From Prevotellaceae bacterium UBA1075 (lineage in GTDB: Bacteria; Bacteroidota; Bacteroidia; Bacteroidales; Bacteroidaceae), in assembly GCA_002316015.1 (NCBI GenBank), contig DCCS01000032.1, positions 208,234 to 272,233 on the forward strand: a stretch of DNA of 64,000 nucleotides. Reading direction: 5' to 3'. Of the stretch, positions 61,449-64,000 are shown in pieces; the stretch's first letter is position 1; each line of letters opens with the position of its first letter. The position numbers and the translations under genes were made by a program. The notes under the pieces were generated by a model. That model saw only the letters and a program-made list of their open reading frames with translations. It had not been told where the DNA came from and made no database searches.

Positions 61449-63335
61449 TCAGAACTCCACCGAGAAGCCCGCCATGACCGTGGCCTTGGGCATGGGATAG
61501 CCAGCGTTTATCTCATAGTGCTGTGCCAGCAGGTTGTCCCCGCGCAGCCACACATGCACGGGGTCGGCCAGGCGGTACTGCACCTGGGCGTTCAGCAGGG
61601 TGAAGTGCTCCTGCCGCTCGTCCTGCCCCACTGACGTGTAGAGCCCGCACACCTGCTGCAGGCCCGCCGTGGCCGTCCACCTCCCATAGTGCATGCTGGC
61701 ACTGGCATAGCCCTTGTACACAGGAGCCGCCACCACGGGACTCTTCATGTGCAGCCAGGCATGGTTGGTGGTCACGGTCCAGTGGCTGCTCGCCTGCCAG
61801 CGCAGTTCGCCCTCCACGCCGGTGTTGCGCAGGTGCCCGGTGTTGACGTTGCGGCGGTTGACCGTCTGTATGATGTTGTCTGCGTCGATGTAGAACACGT
61901 TCACGCCGTAGGAGAGTCTGCTGCCGGGCAGGTGCTGCTTCCAGGCCAGCTCATAGCAGACGAGCCGTTCGGGGCGCAAGTCCTCGTTGGAGGGAGGATA
62001 TAGGTACATCTCCCGCATGGTGGGGTTGCGGAATCCCTTGCCCACGCTTGCCTTGAACGTACCGGTGCCCACGGGGCGCACCACAATCCCGCCTTGCGGA
62101 ATCCACTGGCTGCCCGTCACTGTGTGGTAATCCCAGCGCAGGCCGGCGTCGACCGTGAGCCACCGCGTGATGTCCTGACGGATGTCGGCATACACGGCCC
62201 CCTCGTTGTTGCGTGCCTTGCCCGACTGCTTGTTGGGCGTGTCCAGTGTCTCGCCCGTGGCTCGGCTGGTGTACCAGGCATGGCCATAGATGCGCTGGTA
62301 GTCGGCGCCGAGTGTGAGGCGTCCGCCTGCCCACAGGGTGGCGTTCTGATACCAGCTTGCTCCTGCCAGGGCGTCGCGCGAGCGGAACAGACGTGCCTGC
62401 GGGATGCCGCCCTCGCGGGCATATCCGTCGTTGATGCGGTGCCGCCCAAAGTTGTCGTACACGCTCAGGCGCCCGTTGGTACGACGGTATTTGTTGCCGA
62501 TGCCCACCGATGCCACCCCGCGCGTAATCCACTGGTCGGCCTCGAGCATGGGCTGCTGCATGGTGCCGGGATTGGATGCCGAGAAGTGGGTGAGGTCAAG
62601 GTCGGCATAGAGGTGCCAGTGGGCCGAGAGGTCGTACCCCACCTTGGCAAACGCGCTGGTCTGCTCGAAGCCCATGTGGGGGCGGTGGTTGTCGGAGCGT
62701 CCGTACTGCACGCCCGCAGTGGCTTGCCATCTGCCCAGGCGCATCTGAGTGCTTGCCTCGGCCTGCACGGTGCCATAACTGCCCGCCCCGGCCGTGACCT
62801 GCGTGCGGAACCCATCGGCGGGCATGGCGCGCGTGACGATGTTGACCACCCCGCCCATGGCATTGGAGCCATAGAGCAGCGAGGCCGGCCCGCGCAGCAC
62901 CTCCACCCGCTCGGCCATGAGCGTCTGGTAACCGTCGGCAATGGAATGGCCGTAGATGCCACTGTACTGCGGGTGCCCGTCCACGAGGACCATCATCTGT
63001 CCCGCGCCCGACGAGATCCCGCGCAGCATCATCCCCCCCGACCCGCCGCCCGACACGCCATAGCCCATCACCCCCCGGCTGGTCACCATCAGGCCGGGCA
63101 CCTGTTCCATGAGCGTGGGCAATATGCTGGGACGGTGCAGGCCGGTAAGCTGGCGGCGCGTGACCACACTCACGGTGAAGGGCAGGTGTCGGCTGTCGGT
63201 GGCCTCGCGGCTACCCGTGACCACCACGTCGGCCAAGTCCCCTTGTAAGGGGATGCTGTCGGACTGCTCCTCCCAGGCATGTGCGGGGGAGAGGGCAAGC
63301 AGGGGCAGGGTGAGTGCCACAATCGTTGTCTTCAT
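61449..63335 (-). CDS. TonB-dependent outer-membrane receptor
   Basis: The start was trimmed to the ATG at 63335 (MKTTIVALTLPLLALSPAHA). The plug motifs are DVVVTGSRE, VSVVTRRQL, PGLMV and RGISSG. The barrel ends in ...MAGFSVEF (terminal F). Confidence 0.9.
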   Translation of the reverse strand: MKTTIVALTLPLLALSPAHAWEEQSDSIPLQGDLADVVVTGSREATDSRHLPFTVSVVTRRQLTGLHRPSILPTLMEQVPGLMVTSRGVMGYGVSGGGSGGMMLRGISSGAGQMMVLVDGHPQYSGIYGHSIADGYQTLMAERVEVLRGPASLLYGSNAMGGVVNIVTRAMPADGFRTQVTAGAGSYGTVQAEASTQMRLGRWQATAGVQYGRSDNHRPHMGFEQTSAFAKVGYDLSAHWHLYADLDLTHFSASNPGTMQQPMLEADQWITRGVASVGIGNKYRRTNGRLSVYDNFGRHRINDGYAREGGIPQARLFRSRDALAGASWYQNATLWAGGRLTLGADYQRIYGHAWYTSRATGETLDTPNKQSGKARNNEGAVYADIRQDITRWLTVDAGLRWDYHTVTGSQWIPQGGIVVRPVGTGTFKASVGKGFRNPTMREMYLYPPSNEDLRPERLVCYELAWKQHLPGSRLSYGVNVFYIDADNIIQTVNRRNVNTGHLRNTGVEGELRWQASSHWTVTTNHAWLHMKSPVVAAPVYKGYASASMHYGRWTATAGLQQVCGLYTSVGQDERQEHFTLLNAQVQYRLADPVHVWLRGDNLLAQHYEINAGYPMPKATVMAGFSVEF

Positions 63336-63371
63336 AGGGCGGTCTGTTTCGTTTTTTTCTGTTTGTGCTTG

Positions 63372-63379
63372 CAAAAGTA
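63372..63379 (-). promoter_or_regulatory. -7 box TACTTTTG (minus) upstream of the TonB-dependent receptor gene
   Basis: Plus strand reads caaaagta, 36 nt upstream of the ATG at 63335. Confidence 0.5.
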
Positions 63380-63552
63380 CAGAAAAAGTGCTGACTCCCA
63401 CTTACAAATAATGCGCAAATGATTACAGGAACCGCCCATCGGCCCAAGGCTGGCAAACAGGCCCGCTGTGGGAAAACTGACGGTGCCGGCACTTGGCGGC
63501 CTGCTTGCTTCTGCCCCTGGGCGCCGCATGGACGGACGCATACAGAAAGCAA

Positions 63553-63584
63553 GGGGGCCATGCCCTCATGCAGGCATGGCTCCC
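63553..63584 (-). terminator. Hairpin downstream of the MBL hydrolase gene
   Basis: GGGGGCCATGCC (63553-63564) pairs with GGCATGGCTCCC (63573-63584) with one mismatch. On the minus strand it is followed by the T-rich TTGCTTTCTGT. Confidence 0.45.
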
Positions 63585-63600
63585 TGAGGCTGCATGGGGG

Positions 63601-64000
63601 TCACACGCCCCACACCCTTTGCTCGTCGGCGATGGTGGTCGAGGGGCCGTGTCCCGGATAGGCCACGGTGTCGGGCGGGAGGGTGAGCAGCCTGCGCAGG
63701 ATGCTCTGCCGCTCCTCGTGCTCATTGCCGCCCAGGTCGGTGCGTCCCATGCTGCCGCAGAAGAGGGTGTCGCCCGTGAACACGACATGCTGTTCGGGGA
63801 TATAGAACGAGACTCCGCCTGGTGTGTGGCCTGGCGTGAGGATGACCTGCACCCCGATGCTGCCCACGTGTATCACCTCACCGTCGCCCAGGAAGTCCCC
63901 CTTGGGAGGGAGTTCCTGCCGGATGGGGGCACCGAACATCCGCGCCCATTCGGGCATGGAGTCGTACACCTGCTGCTCACGGGGGGCAAAGCGTGGACGC
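63601..64000 (-). CDS. MBL-fold metallo-hydrolase (glyoxalase II-like), C-terminal part; 5' end beyond the window
   Basis: The sequence ...VILTPGHTPGGVSFYIPEQHVVFTGDTLFCGSMGRTDLGGNEHEERQSILRRLLTLPPDTVAYPGHGPSTTIADE is typical of the C-terminal half of hydroxyacylglutathione-hydrolase-like proteins. The reading frame stays open upstream of the track's M at 63969 as far as the window edge. Confidence 0.85.
   Translation of the reverse strand, partial: RPRFAPREQQVYDSMPEWARMFGAPIRQELPPKGDFLGDGEVIHVGSIGVQVILTPGHTPGGVSFYIPEQHVVFTGDTLFCGSMGRTDLGGNEHEERQSILRRLLTLPPDTVAYPGHGPSTTIADEQRVWGV

Noticed and set aside
63380-63552. Possible cobalamin or other riboswitch upstream of the TonB-dependent receptor gene.
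   Set aside because: On the correct (minus) strand I could not find the B12-box, GGGAA or GGTG..AA.TCC elements in the right order. In addition, a good -7 box at 63372-63379 leaves only about 30 nt of 5' UTR. An Rfam scan would settle this.

Overview
The window reads as a 64 kb chromosomal segment from a high-GC member of the Bacteroidota. Many genes are preceded by the Bacteroidetes sigma-AB -7 box TAnnTTTG, and there are no obvious Shine-Dalgarno sites. All protein calls were made by eye from motifs in the supplied translations; no searches were run.

Gene content is almost entirely housekeeping:
- Nucleotide, one-carbon and nitrogen metabolism: rarA (5' part), pyrB-pyrI, glyA, gltB-gltD, nspC, fbp, fhs.
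- DNA metabolism: sbcD-sbcC, dnaB, recF plus a DUF721/DciA-like gene.
- A five-gene tRNA array: Gly-Leu-Leu-Gly-Leu.
- Envelope, lipid and transport genes: a GT11 fucosyltransferase, SLC13 and SulP permeases, a PlsC-like acyltransferase, a large golvesin/FN3 secreted protein, kdsA-kdsD-cls, an amidase-SPOR protein, a TonB-dependent receptor.
- Others: YgiQ radical SAM, DUF4494, YggS, an acyl-CoA ligase, a MaoC dehydratase, an EEP nuclease/phosphatase, a GH78-like hydrolase, a LOG-family protein, and a truncated MBL hydrolase.

I saw no transposase, integrase, prophage, CRISPR array or recognisable defence system.

The observations most worth a second look:
1. A tightly packed minus-strand block, fhs-glpA-glpB-glpC-(AraM-type sn-glycerol-1-phosphate dehydrogenase homolog)-(GlpT-like MFS)-(AraL-like HAD-IIA phosphatase)-(TonB_C-only protein). 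It places G3P- and G1P-specific dehydrogenases in one apparent operon.
2. A family of about 22-bp GC-rich repeats at three intergenic, terminator-proximal loci in both orientations, plus possible solitary copies.
3. An orphan minus-strand promoter box and intrinsic terminator pair bracketing about 170 nt with no annotated gene, which is a candidate sRNA or micro-ORF.
4. Several mRNAs that look leaderless.
5. A stand-alone HARE-HTH-like 70-aa ORF abutting cls.
6. A lower-GC block covering gltBD and an orphan lipoprotein.

The many long ORFs antisense to recognised genes are treated as high-GC shadow ORFs.
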